A DNA stretch of 57,391 bases from Candidatus Omnitrophota bacterium (GTDB lineage Bacteria > Omnitrophota > Gorgyraeia > Zapsychrales > Zapsychraceae), in NCBI GenBank assembly GCA_035292445.1, contig DATDQB010000021.1, positions 1 through 57,391 of the forward strand. Direction: 5' to 3'. Below, in pieces: positions 29,361-38,572 of this stretch (its first letter is position 1; each line of letters opens with the position of its first letter). Position numbers and translations under genes: made by a program. The notes beneath the pieces are model-generated. The model was not told the DNA's origin, made no database searches, and worked only from the letters and a program-made list of their open reading frames with translations.

Positions 29361-30635
29361 ATGAGAAAAGTTTTGCTAAGCGTGTTCATAGGAATGGGGC
29401 TTTTGTTAAGCGCCACCACATCCCTGTGGGCCGGAGAAGTGGATGTTTTATTGGAAATTCTAGTTGATAAAGGCATCCTTTCTCCCGTCGAAGCCGCCAC
29501 GGTCAAAAAAGAAACGGAACAATATGTCAGTGAAGAATTGAAAAAAGGCGCTTCCTACGCCGTGCCCAAATGGGTCCAGTCGATCAAGCTAAAAGGGGAT
29601 CTGCGCACTCGTTATCAATATGAGATGAGAGAGCAGAGTTTAGCCAATCGTCACCGTGCCCGAATCCGCGCCCGGTTGGGATTGATAGCAAACGTTAATG
29701 ATAACGTGGAAGTCGGTGTAGGTCTCGCCTCTGGAGGTAGCGATCCCCGATCAACTAATCAGACGCTTCAGGACACATTTTCCCACAAAGGCATCAATTT
29801 AGATTATGCCTATTTCAAATGGCTTGTTTCCCAGCTTAAGGGTGTAACTCTCGTTGGTGGTAAATTTGAGCGAAAGGATTATCTTTGGGCACCGACTGAT
29901 CTTCTTTGGGATGGCGATATAAATCCGGAAGGCGCTTCGGTCAGTTATCAAACCAAATTGATGGATGGTGTCGACCTTTGGTTAAATGGCGGTGTCTGGG
30001 TCCTTGATGAGCGCGAAGTTACCAGCGCAAGCGTACCTCATAATGATCCCATTTTGAAATATATCCAAGCTGGTCTGGGATTCAAAGAAGGCATAATGGA
30101 TGGGAAAGCCGCAGTCACTTACTATATCCCTAAGTATATCAGGAACATTAATCTTGATAATGACTCCGAGACCAACACAGGCACGCCCAGTTCCGGGCTT
30201 GAGTCCAGCTATCGTTCTATTGCTTTTGGAACGGAAGTCGGCCTTAATGAACCTTTCGGAGGCCTTCCTTTTGGTATCGACCAACGGATCGCTGTTTTTG
30301 GTGAATATATCAAAAACACTGCAGATCATTATGTCACCGATGATTTAACGGGACATGCTTTTGGTTTCTTGTTTGGCCACAAAAAAGTCGCTGGTCCGGG
30401 GACCTGGCAATTTAAATATATTAAAGCGAAATTGGGGCAAGATGCTTGGATCGACGCGTTTCCCGACTCAGACCGCTTTGGTGGAGCTACGGATATCGAG
30501 AGCCATGAAGGCATTCTCGAAATCGGTTTATCCAAAAACGTTAATCTGGGGCTCGACTATTATAAAACTTGGAGGAAGGGCAGTCCGGATAACAAAGAAC
30601 GGCTCCTTCAGGCGGACATTGTTTTCAAGTTCTAG
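29361..30635 (+). CDS. Putative (phosphate-regulated) porin
   Basis: Signal peptide, VDVLLEILVDKGIL N-domain, IKLKGDLRTRY, RARIRARLG, C-terminal LQADIVFKF; located in the pst cluster. Confidence 0.8.
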   Translation: MRKVLLSVFIGMGLLLSATTSLWAGEVDVLLEILVDKGILSPVEAATVKKETEQYVSEELKKGASYAVPKWVQSIKLKGDLRTRYQYEMREQSLANRHRARIRARLGLIANVNDNVEVGVGLASGGSDPRSTNQTLQDTFSHKGINLDYAYFKWLVSQLKGVTLVGGKFERKDYLWAPTDLLWDGDINPEGASVSYQTKLMDGVDLWLNGGVWVLDEREVTSASVPHNDPILKYIQAGLGFKEGIMDGKAAVTYYIPKYIRNINLDNDSETNTGTPSSGLESSYRSIAFGTEVGLNEPFGGLPFGIDQRIAVFGEYIKNTADHYVTDDLTGHAFGFLFGHKKVAGPGTWQFKYIKAKLGQDAWIDAFPDSDRFGGATDIESHEGILEIGLSKNVNLGLDYYKTWRKGSPDNKERLLQADIVFKF

Positions 30636-30646
30636 TTAGTGTAATT

Positions 30647-30688
30647 GTCACAAAAAAGTCACAGAATTGTCACATTCTTATATTAACA
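30647..30688 (+). promoter_or_regulatory. Pho-box array upstream of pstB-phoU
   Basis: GTCACA at 30647, 30658 and 30669 (exact 11-bp period), plus TTAACA at 30683. Confidence 0.8.
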
Positions 30689-30758
30689 TTAGTATGAGCT
30701 TACAGGAGAAGACGGCTCCGGAATTTCTACGGGGCCGTCTTTGACTGGAGTAGCTACC

Positions 30759-31694
30759 ATGGATATTGGTAAAATAAATGTTGATCAAGATCCTGAAGAG
30801 TTGGATTTATACTGGCAGAATAATGAAGAAACAACTGTAGGTAATAAGGGCAATTCAGATAAATCGGAGCATCCATTGCAACAACAAAAATATCGTCGGG
30901 TGTTAACCCAAATTGCCGGTGAAGACGAAGTCCTAGATAATCCCGTCAAGATAAAGGTGGAGAATTTCAATTTCTATTACGACGTCGTTCAGGCCTTGAA
31001 GAATGTCAACATGGAAATAAGAGAGAATTCCGTCGTGGGAATTATCGGCCCTTCGGGTTGCGGCAAATCGACGTTTTTGCGCTGTTTCAACAGGATGAAC
31101 GACATTATTTATAACATTCGTTATAAAGGTGAGATTTATATCGATGGCAAGAATATCTTTGACAAGAGTTTGGATGTCGTAGACCTGCGTCGCAATATCG
31201 GCATGGTCTTCCAGAAATCCAATCCCTTTCCTAAATCCATTCTTGAAAATGTCGCCTACGGACTTCGCATCAACGGTCTTAAGGACAAGCAGTTCATCGA
31301 GCAAAAGGTGGAAAAGAGCTTAAAGGATGCGGCGTTGTGGGAAGAGGTCAAGGACCGGCTTAATAAAAGCGCTTTTGAGTTGTCCGGCGGGCAGCAGCAG
31401 CGATTGTGCATCGCCCGGGCGCTCGCCATTGAGCCGCAAATTCTTTTATTGGATGAGCCGGCATCCGCCTTGGACCCGATTGCCACGGCAAAGGTAGAAG
31501 AGCTTATCCACGAACTGAAAAAGAAATACACGATCGTTATCGTCACGCACAATATGCAGCAGGCGGCACGGGTTTCGGATTTTACGGCCTTTTTTATGCT
31601 GGGCGAATTAATCGAGTACGATTTGACCAGCAAGATTTTTACCAATCCTTCGAATAAAACGACCGAGGATTATGTTACTGGCAGGTTCGGTTAA
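30759..31694 (+). CDS. pstB: Phosphate ABC transporter ATP-binding protein with an acidic N-terminal extension
   Basis: [60 protein letters not shown]. Confidence 0.95.
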   Translation: MDIGKINVDQDPEELDLYWQNNEETTVGNKGNSDKSEHPLQQQKYRRVLTQIAGEDEVLDNPVKIKVENFNFYYDVVQALKNVNMEIRENSVVGIIGPSGCGKSTFLRCFNRMNDIIYNIRYKGEIYIDGKNIFDKSLDVVDLRRNIGMVFQKSNPFPKSILENVAYGLRINGLKDKQFIEQKVEKSLKDAALWEEVKDRLNKSAFELSGGQQQRLCIARALAIEPQILLLDEPASALDPIATAKVEELIHELKKKYTIVIVTHNMQQAARVSDFTAFFMLGELIEYDLTSKIFTNPSNKTTEDYVTGRFG

Positions 31695-31746
31695 TTTATA
31701 ATAAAATATGGCGGTCATAGACGTATTTAAGACTGGAGAGAAAAGC

Positions 31747-32439
31747 ATGGTGCAAGAAAGACATTTTGACGATGAATTAAGTAAATTGAACGAAAATATC
31801 CTTAAAATGGCCGCATTGACGGAATCCGCCATCTATCGTTCCATCGAGGCGTTAAAAAACCGCGACAAGGAATTGGCCCAGCTGGTCCTTAACGATGACA
31901 ACCAGATCGATGAGTTGGAAAACATCATTGAGGAGCACGCCATTGATCTGTTGGCGCTCTTTCAGCCGATGGCCCGCGACCTGCGCTTTATCACCACCGG
32001 CATGCGCATCGCCTCCGAATTGGAGCGGATCGCCGATCTATCCGTCAATATTTCCCAGCGCGTCGTTGATATTGCCGGGCAGCCCTTATTAAAACCGCTG
32101 GTGGATATCCCCAAGCTCGCCGATAATGCCATTATGATGGTCAGGGGCGCCATTGATGCTTTTGTTAAAAAAGACGAAAGGCTCGCCAGGGACGTGATTT
32201 TGTCGGACCAGAAATCGGATCAGTTGCGTAATTTGATCACGGCGGAATTGATCAACGAGTTTATGGTCAAAGACGGCAAGACAGCGCCCAAGGCCGTCCC
32301 TTTATTACTCATCACGCGGGACCTGGAAAGAATATCGGACCATGCCACCAATATCGCGGAAGATGTCATCTACATGGTGCGCGCCAAGGTCGTGAAGCAT
32401 CACCTCAAGGAATTAAAAGAGATCATCAAGGACAAATGA
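31747..32439 (+). CDS. phoU: Phosphate signalling complex protein PhoU
   Basis: DDNQIDELE, QPMARDLR, ELERIADL, RDLERISDHATNIAEDVIY. Confidence 0.94.
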   Translation: MVQERHFDDELSKLNENILKMAALTESAIYRSIEALKNRDKELAQLVLNDDNQIDELENIIEEHAIDLLALFQPMARDLRFITTGMRIASELERIADLSVNISQRVVDIAGQPLLKPLVDIPKLADNAIMMVRGAIDAFVKKDERLARDVILSDQKSDQLRNLITAELINEFMVKDGKTAPKAVPLLLITRDLERISDHATNIAEDVIYMVRAKVVKHHLKELKEIIKDK

Positions 32440-32650
32440 TTAAAGTGTAGGGAGCTCGCGGGCGCCCCCCAGGCATGTCCTATTGTGTCATATTGACCAA
32501 AAGTTAAATTCCCATTTTTTATTTTGACACGTCTTTTGGGCATATCTATTATATAAAATATATAAAAGATATAAGGCCGTCCCGGGGAAGGGCGAGCCGC
32601 GTCATTTCCTTTATGGAAAGGAAATGGGAAAAATCATGGGAGGTCAAGGT

Positions 32651-33322
32651 ATGCGTAAGATTTTAATCCTGTTAATGTTAGCGATGTTTTCGACATCGAC
32701 GGTTTTTGCTGCAACGGAGGATATCGTTGAGGGCATGGGAAAGAAGGCCGTACGAGGGGCTGTTAACATTGTGACCGGCCCTATCGAGTTTCCGGCACAG
32801 ATCATTAAAGGTTTTCAAAAAGGTGTTGAGCCCATCGAAAACCAGTTTTTCTCCAAGACGATCGGTACGATTTTAGGTATCTTTCGTGGCATCAGCCATG
32901 GGGTTGGGCGTATGTCTTGGGGATTTTTGGAATTAGCCGGTTTTTGGACGGCTAACCCAGATGACAATGATGGTGTCGGCGTTCCACTCGATGCCGAATA
33001 CGCCTGGGAAGAAGGCGTCCAATACAGCATATTTGATCCTAGCCTCGAAGAAGGCATCAAGCCCATTGGGCGCAAATTGGGGCGTGGTCTAGGTAACGGC
33101 TTATTTGCTATCGCCGAATTACCCGGGCAGACGATTCGAGGCGCCTCCGAAGGCAATGTTTTTAAAGGGGTCATCAGAGGCTTCTGGTTCGGGGCAAGCC
33201 GGATGGCTTATGGGTTCACGGGTGTTACGACCGCACTTGTTCCTAATCCGCCGGATAACCCGGGGTACGCTTTTAATGGCGAATGGCCGTGGACAGTTTT
33301 TTCTGAAGAAATGGAAGATTAG
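32651..33322 (+). CDS. Exported protein with two TIGR04073-like repeats
   Basis: Signal peptide; repeated KAVRGAVNIVTGPIEFP / KLGRGLGNGLFAIAELP units. An in-frame ATG at 32624 is an alternative start. Confidence 0.6.
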   Translation: MRKILILLMLAMFSTSTVFAATEDIVEGMGKKAVRGAVNIVTGPIEFPAQIIKGFQKGVEPIENQFFSKTIGTILGIFRGISHGVGRMSWGFLELAGFWTANPDDNDGVGVPLDAEYAWEEGVQYSIFDPSLEEGIKPIGRKLGRGLGNGLFAIAELPGQTIRGASEGNVFKGVIRGFWFGASRMAYGFTGVTTALVPNPPDNPGYAFNGEWPWTVFSEEMED

Positions 33323-33349
33323 TAATACTAAAAATTGAATTTTGATTGG

Positions 33350-33375
33350 GGGGACAGTGGCCTGTCCCCTTTTTT
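33350..33375 (+). terminator. Terminator hairpin (GGGACAG family)
   Basis: GGGGACAG-TGGC-CTGTCCCC followed by TTTTTT. Confidence 0.75.
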
Positions 33376-33556
33376 ATGGTATAATGCACCCTTAATTCGT
33401 TAATAATTATTAAGGAGGGTTTTAGAAAAAGTTATTAATGTTAGCGATCATGCTGGCCAACCGGCGGGTGAAACGATCATTAATCTGACACGTGTAACGC
33501 AATAAAAAGATTCATCATCGATCATCCAGGAGGCAGAAACGAAACATTTAAAAATC

Positions 33557-34198
33557 ATGACATTTGTTTTTTGTACGGCGGTCGTTATCTCCGCCTGCGG
33601 TCAGCGCGCCGCCACTTCGCAAGAAGCGGTCGATCAAGCTAAAGCTAAACAGTCCGTTGAAGAACAGGAGGTCGCCACTTTCGCGGGCGGCTGTTTCTGG
33701 TGCATGGAACAGCCCTTTGATGAATTGGAGGGGGTTCATAAAACAATCGTCGGCTACACCGGCGGCCACAAAGCCAATCCCACCTATAAGGAAGTTTCCA
33801 CCGGCACGACCGGCCACGCCGAAGCCATCCAGGTACACTACGACCCGGCCGTCGTTTCTTATGAAAAGTTGCTGGATGTTTTCTGGAAAAACATCGACCC
33901 CACTGCCGTCAACAGGCAGTTTAACGATGCAGGAACGCAGTACCGCACCGGGATCTTTTATCATAACGAGGAGCAAAAAAGATTGGCGCAGGCCTCCAAG
34001 GAAGCGCTGGAAGCCTCCGGCCGTTATAAGGACAGGCCGATCGTCACCGAGGTCACGCCTGCCTCGGCCTTTTACGAAGCCGAAGAATACCATCAGGATT
34101 ATTACATCAAAAGCGGACTACACTATAAAATGTACCGCGCCGGTTCAGGGCGGGACAGCTACCTTAAAAAGGTTTGGGGCAGCGAATCCAAGCATTAA
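33557..34198 (+). CDS. msrA: Peptide-methionine (S)-S-oxide reductase, probable lipoprotein (true start possibly ACG at 33539)
   Basis: TFAGGCFWCME, VGYTGG, GHAEAIQV, QYRTGIF, FYEAEEYHQDYY; lipobox ISAC. Confidence 0.93.
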   Translation: MTFVFCTAVVISACGQRAATSQEAVDQAKAKQSVEEQEVATFAGGCFWCMEQPFDELEGVHKTIVGYTGGHKANPTYKEVSTGTTGHAEAIQVHYDPAVVSYEKLLDVFWKNIDPTAVNRQFNDAGTQYRTGIFYHNEEQKRLAQASKEALEASGRYKDRPIVTEVTPASAFYEAEEYHQDYYIKSGLHYKMYRAGSGRDSYLKKVWGSESKH

Positions 34199-34217
34199 AC
34201 TTTTCAAGGAGTTTTCG

Positions 34218-35006
34218 ATGAGAAAATATTTCGTTCTCATGGCCATTTTTATTTTAAGCGCTTTTTCCGCCAGCGCTCAAACACAGGGGACAGTCGCTGA
34301 AGAGGAAGTTTTTGATATTCTTCAACATGAACCTATCCTCAATGCAGCCGAGAAAGGTCTGTTGGCTGAATATATTCAAAATCTTGACAAGAGAGAATTG
34401 ACCGAGACCCAATTGGACGAGCTTGGGCTGGCTGTCAGAAACAAGATCAACCGGGACGTCAAGAACCTGAGTAATCTCATTTTTTATCTTCGGTTGTTGG
34501 TAGATAACAAGCTTGCCCGCCATGAGGGGAAGGTTCGTGAAAAAGATATCGAGAAGATCGAAGGAATGATCGCGGGGCTTAAGGAAGAGACGAAAAATTT
34601 TGATGAGCGCGTCATTCTGGAGGCGGAACGCCCCAGCACGCAAGAGCTGGTTGGGATCATCCAGCAGGAGAGCCGTAATCTTTTAGGCAACGGGCACGTG
34701 ACGACAACGGGGGATGTTTGGGAAGCTACTCGTCAGGTTTATGAAAAGCCTTATGCCCGCTGGAGCGCTTGGTACGAAGAATTGAAATCCCAGCTGTTTG
34801 ATGAAAATACGGAAGTTTACGGCCCGCGCAAGGAGGGGGAGGACAAATTTTCCCAATGGCTTCGCACCAGGAACGTGGCCAATGCGGCCCTTCTCTCGCC
34901 GGACCCCGTTCGCGCCATTGAAGAGATCAATTTCCTCAAGAATTTCGGCAAGGCACGGATGATTTTCCGGCGTTTATCCGAACCCAATTCTACGCAGTTT
35001 CAGTGA
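34218..35006 (+). CDS. Hypothetical exported helical protein
   Basis: AAGGAG RBS and MRKYF...SASAQ signal peptide. This is the 3' part of track ORF 33564..35006. Confidence 0.7.
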   Translation: MRKYFVLMAIFILSAFSASAQTQGTVAEEEVFDILQHEPILNAAEKGLLAEYIQNLDKRELTETQLDELGLAVRNKINRDVKNLSNLIFYLRLLVDNKLARHEGKVREKDIEKIEGMIAGLKEETKNFDERVILEAERPSTQELVGIIQQESRNLLGNGHVTTTGDVWEATRQVYEKPYARWSAWYEELKSQLFDENTEVYGPRKEGEDKFSQWLRTRNVANAALLSPDPVRAIEEINFLKNFGKARMIFRRLSEPNSTQFQ

Positions 35007-35062
35007 AATTCCCCTTTTCCTTATGGAAATCCCGCCAGAATTTCACTAAAATAAACACTGTT

Positions 35063-35338
35063 ATGAAGAAAGCCATCCTACTTGCAACCATGGTATTTTC
35101 CTTGCTTTTGGCGCCGTCGGTGCACGCCTACACGACCCCTTTGCATAAATTGTACGCCGGCGTTAAGCAGGTCATTACGGGCCCGTTTTCTATCATCACC
35201 GTGCCGGTCGAACAATTGGACCGTGAGCATGATAAGATGTTGGGTTTGATCGGCGGCCTCATGGAAGGAGCCGTTCAAACGGCCGTTAAACCGCTTCAAG
35301 GGTTGTTCAATATTGTTACCTTCCCGTTTGTTGAATAA
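35063..35338 (+). CDS. Small exported protein, single TIGR04073-like unit
   Basis: MKKAILL...VHA signal peptide; KLYAGVKQVITGPF resembles the repeats of 32651..33322. Confidence 0.55.
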   Translation: MKKAILLATMVFSLLLAPSVHAYTTPLHKLYAGVKQVITGPFSIITVPVEQLDREHDKMLGLIGGLMEGAVQTAVKPLQGLFNIVTFPFVE

Positions 35339-35400
35339 TCTCCCCTTTTAAAGCAAACGCTAGACACAATTCTTTTTCATTGATAGTATGATTAATATTT

Positions 35401-35823
35401 ATGGGACTTAAAACCAGATCAGCGGGCGGGGTTGTTTTAAACAAAAAAGGTGAAGTTCTGGTCGTCAGCCAGAAAGGCACCTCGTGGTCTTTGCCCAAAG
35501 GCCATATTGATGAAGGCGAAGACGCGTTAGAGGCGGCCAAAAGGGAGATCTTTGAGGAATCCGGCATTTCTGAATTGACCCTGATCAAAGAGCTGGGCAC
35601 CTACAGCCGGCATAAGATCGGTTTAAATGGCGGGGAAGATAAGTCGGAATTCAAGACGATCACCATGTTCTTATTTTCCACGCCCCAAATGGAGCTCAAG
35701 CCCCAAGATGTCGATAATCCCCACGCCCGATGGGTCAAGAAAGATAAGGCGGCCGGGTTACTGACACATCCGAAAGATAAAACTTTTTATCAAGGGATCA
35801 AAAATGAACTTTCCGATTTTTAA
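35401..35823 (+). CDS. NUDIX hydrolase
   Basis: WSLPKGHIDEGEDALEAAKREIFEESG Nudix box. Confidence 0.92.
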   Translation: MGLKTRSAGGVVLNKKGEVLVVSQKGTSWSLPKGHIDEGEDALEAAKREIFEESGISELTLIKELGTYSRHKIGLNGGEDKSEFKTITMFLFSTPQMELKPQDVDNPHARWVKKDKAAGLLTHPKDKTFYQGIKNELSDF

Positions 35824-36484
35824 AAGCCGCTATTTTTGGTTTGTGGTCGCGGGCGCGTTTATTTACAAAACGATCGCTTTAGTCATTTATATTTTCTATC
35901 CCGAGCACCTTTCCTGGGTTTGGAGCGAAGGTAATATCGGAGAAAACATGGCCGCAGCCGCGTGGGGTATCGGAAGCGTACTTTGTCTTATCAAATTTTT
36001 GTTTTTTTTCGGGAAGAAAGATAAATGGGTTTTATGGCTGTGGTGTTTTATGGCGTTTTTCTTGGGGTTTATGCGGGAGCTGGACATGCATAAGGCCCTC
36101 GAAAATATCAACGGAATGACGTGGAAGGTTGACTGGCTGGGGGACGCTTCCGTCTCGATTTTTCTTAAGATTATCATCGTTGTTTCGATGATCGGGATGG
36201 TGGGGGGGATGTTCGGCTCTGTCATTTGGCACAGGCGGCAGATCATTAAAGCCCTTAAAGAAGGAAATGTTTTAGTTACGGTCTTTGCCATGGGGATGGT
36301 GTATATGGCTTTTGGTTTTTTAATCGATGGTTCGGTATTGGGCAAAAAATTATTTTTTCCTGTTATTACGATGAGTTTTTCCAAGCTCTGCGAAGAAGTG
36401 TTCGAAACGCTCGGAGCCACCATGGCGGCATGTGCGGTCGTGCCGTTTTTCTGCAAGAAAAATGTCTTATCAGATAATCAATAA
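35804..36484 (+). CDS. Hypothetical integral membrane protein
   Basis: Six to seven hydrophobic segments; EGNIGEN, RELD and CEEVFE motifs. Confidence 0.65.
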   Translation: MNFPIFKSRYFWFVVAGAFIYKTIALVIYIFYPEHLSWVWSEGNIGENMAAAAWGIGSVLCLIKFLFFFGKKDKWVLWLWCFMAFFLGFMRELDMHKALENINGMTWKVDWLGDASVSIFLKIIIVVSMIGMVGGMFGSVIWHRRQIIKALKEGNVLVTVFAMGMVYMAFGFLIDGSVLGKKLFFPVITMSFSKLCEEVFETLGATMAACAVVPFFCKKNVLSDNQ

Positions 36485-37646
36485 GATCCCCGTATGGGGG
36501 GAGCCTCTGCCGGATGCGGTTCATCAGATCGAGAACTGCCACAAAAATGCGCGATATAGCGCGCTGATGGCGGATCATCATATTGGGTATGCCGTTCCCA
36601 TAGGCGGCGTGATAGCCTACCACGATAAAATTTCGCCTTCCGGTGTCGGTTATGATATCGCCTGTGGCAATAAAGCGGTGCGCCTCGACATTCCTGCCGA
36701 AGAAGCGAAGAAAAATATCAAGAACATCATGAATGATATCTGGAACACGTTATCTTTCGGTGTCGGTATGAAAAACGAAGAACACGTGGATCATCCGCTT
36801 TTCGATGACCCGGCGTGGCAGCTGGATGTGATGAAACAGCAAAAGCTCAAGAAACTTGCCCAGGAACAGCTGGGCACGATCGGAAGCGGTAATCATTATG
36901 TGGATATTTTCATTGATGAACTTAACCGGGTATGGGTTGGGGTGCATTTCGGCTCGCGCGGGTTCGGCCATCGTTTGGCAACGTATTTTATCCAGGCCGG
37001 CGGCGGCAAGGACGGGATGAACGTTGATCCGGTCCTTTTGGATGTCAAAAGCAATTTGGGCCAGGAGTATTTGGCTTGTATGAAGCTCGCCGGGCGTTAT
37101 GCGTACGCGGGGCGCGATTGGGCGTGTGGGCGCGTGGCGGCTCTGATGGGCGCAACGATTCTGGAGGAGGTCCATAACCATCATAATTTTGCCTGGGAGG
37201 AAAATCATTTCGGCGAGAAGATGTGGGTGGTGCGCAAAGGAGCGACACCGGCGTTTCCCGGCCAGAAGGGTTTTGTCGGCGGCAGCATGGGCGATATTTC
37301 CGTCATTGTTGAAGGCGTTGATTCAAAGGAAAGCCAGGCGACGTTATATTCGACCGTGCATGGGGCCGGCAGGGTCATGTCGCGCACCAGGGCGGCCGGG
37401 CATTTCCGCCATCGAAGGCGCGGCAAGCGTTCAGGCGGGGAGATTTCCAAGCAAATGATGATGGATTGGGTCAGATCAAAAGGGGTGGAGCTCAAAGGGG
37501 CCGGCACAGATGAATCACCGCATTGTTATAAGCGCCTGCCGGATGTCTTGGCGCATCATAAAAATACGATCAAGATCCTGCATACGCTGACACCCATCGG
37601 TGTTGCCATGGCCGGTGAAGATGAATTTGACCCCTATAAGGATTAA
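36462..37646 (+). CDS. rtcB: RtcB family RNA ligase
   Basis: LMADHHIGY, GVGYDIACGN, LGTIGSGNHY, HFGSRG, VHNHHNF, VRKGATPA, HGAGR, DESPHCYK. Confidence 0.93.
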   Translation: MSYQIINKIPVWGEPLPDAVHQIENCHKNARYSALMADHHIGYAVPIGGVIAYHDKISPSGVGYDIACGNKAVRLDIPAEEAKKNIKNIMNDIWNTLSFGVGMKNEEHVDHPLFDDPAWQLDVMKQQKLKKLAQEQLGTIGSGNHYVDIFIDELNRVWVGVHFGSRGFGHRLATYFIQAGGGKDGMNVDPVLLDVKSNLGQEYLACMKLAGRYAYAGRDWACGRVAALMGATILEEVHNHHNFAWEENHFGEKMWVVRKGATPAFPGQKGFVGGSMGDISVIVEGVDSKESQATLYSTVHGAGRVMSRTRAAGHFRHRRRGKRSGGEISKQMMMDWVRSKGVELKGAGTDESPHCYKRLPDVLAHHKNTIKILHTLTPIGVAMAGEDEFDPYKD

Positions 37647-37720
37647 CGCACAATGGCGCTTGCAAGTGGGCTTTTAACATGAGAAAATGAGGCAAATCAA
37701 AATCTTATCATAGCGCAAGA

Positions 37721-38572
37721 ATGCAGACTAAATTTTTCCACAACAGAATCCGCACCATCATCATTTCGATCTCGCTTATTTTTATTATCGGTGATCTGGA
37801 TTATATGACCGGTTATCAATTGGGATTTTCCATCTTTTACCTTATCCCCATCTGTTTGGTGACATGGTTCATCGGCCGGGAGGCGGGTCTGACCATGTCG
37901 GCGTTGGGCCTTCTCGTTTGGGTCCTGGCGGATTATTTTGCGCATCCCGAGCCGCCCTCTTTATTGGTGACGTTCTGGAACGCTTTGGTGCGGATGGGAT
38001 TTTTCATTATCGTGACCCTTTTGCTGGCACGCATTAAATTGTCGCTCGAGAAGGAAAAACGGCTCTCCCGGATCGATTTTCTCACCGGGATCGCCAACCG
38101 CCATGAATTCGAGAATATTTTGCATTTGGAGATGGAGCGGTCACGGCGCCATAAAAGGCCTTTGACGTTGGCCTACCTGGACTGCGACAATTTTAAAACC
38201 ATTAACGACCAGCTGGGGCACCAGCAGGGGGATTTGCTTCTTAAGGAATTAGCCAACAGCCTGGCCCGCAACACAAGAAAGATCGATAAGATCGCCCGTC
38301 TGGGGGGCGATGAGTTCGTTATCCTTCTTCCCGAGACGGCGGAGCAGGAAGGGCGGGAGATCTTCTTGCGCCTTCAAGTGAAATTACTGACCATTATGGA
38401 ACTGTATAAATGGCCGGTCACCTTCAGCATCGGGGCCGTGACGTTTTATGATATGCCGCTTTCCACGCTGGAAGCGATCCGGGAGGCGGATCACACGATG
38501 TACCAAGCCAAGGTCAACGGTAAAAATCAATTAATCACCAAAGCCATCCACTCCTTCATCACTAAACAATAA
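37721..38572 (+). CDS. Membrane-anchored diguanylate cyclase
   Basis: N-terminal TM helices, DFLTGIANR, YLDCDNFK, I-site RKID and an intact GGDEF. Confidence 0.9.
   Translation: MQTKFFHNRIRTIIISISLIFIIGDLDYMTGYQLGFSIFYLIPICLVTWFIGREAGLTMSALGLLVWVLADYFAHPEPPSLLVTFWNALVRMGFFIIVTLLLARIKLSLEKEKRLSRIDFLTGIANRHEFENILHLEMERSRRHKRPLTLAYLDCDNFKTINDQLGHQQGDLLLKELANSLARNTRKIDKIARLGGDEFVILLPETAEQEGREIFLRLQVKLLTIMELYKWPVTFSIGAVTFYDMPLSTLEAIREADHTMYQAKVNGKNQLITKAIHSFITKQ

Noticed and set aside
32447-32472. GTAGGG-initiated REP copy after phoU
   Set aside because: The palindrome is incomplete (no closing CCCTAC); at most a degenerate remnant.
33415-33510. Short ORFs behind an AAGGAGG upstream of msrA
   Set aside because: No start codon at a usable distance from the RBS and no recognisable product.
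33564-34217. N-terminal half of the 480-aa track ORF 33564..35006
   Set aside because: An alternate-frame shadow of msrA. The real gene starts at 34218 with an RBS and signal peptide.
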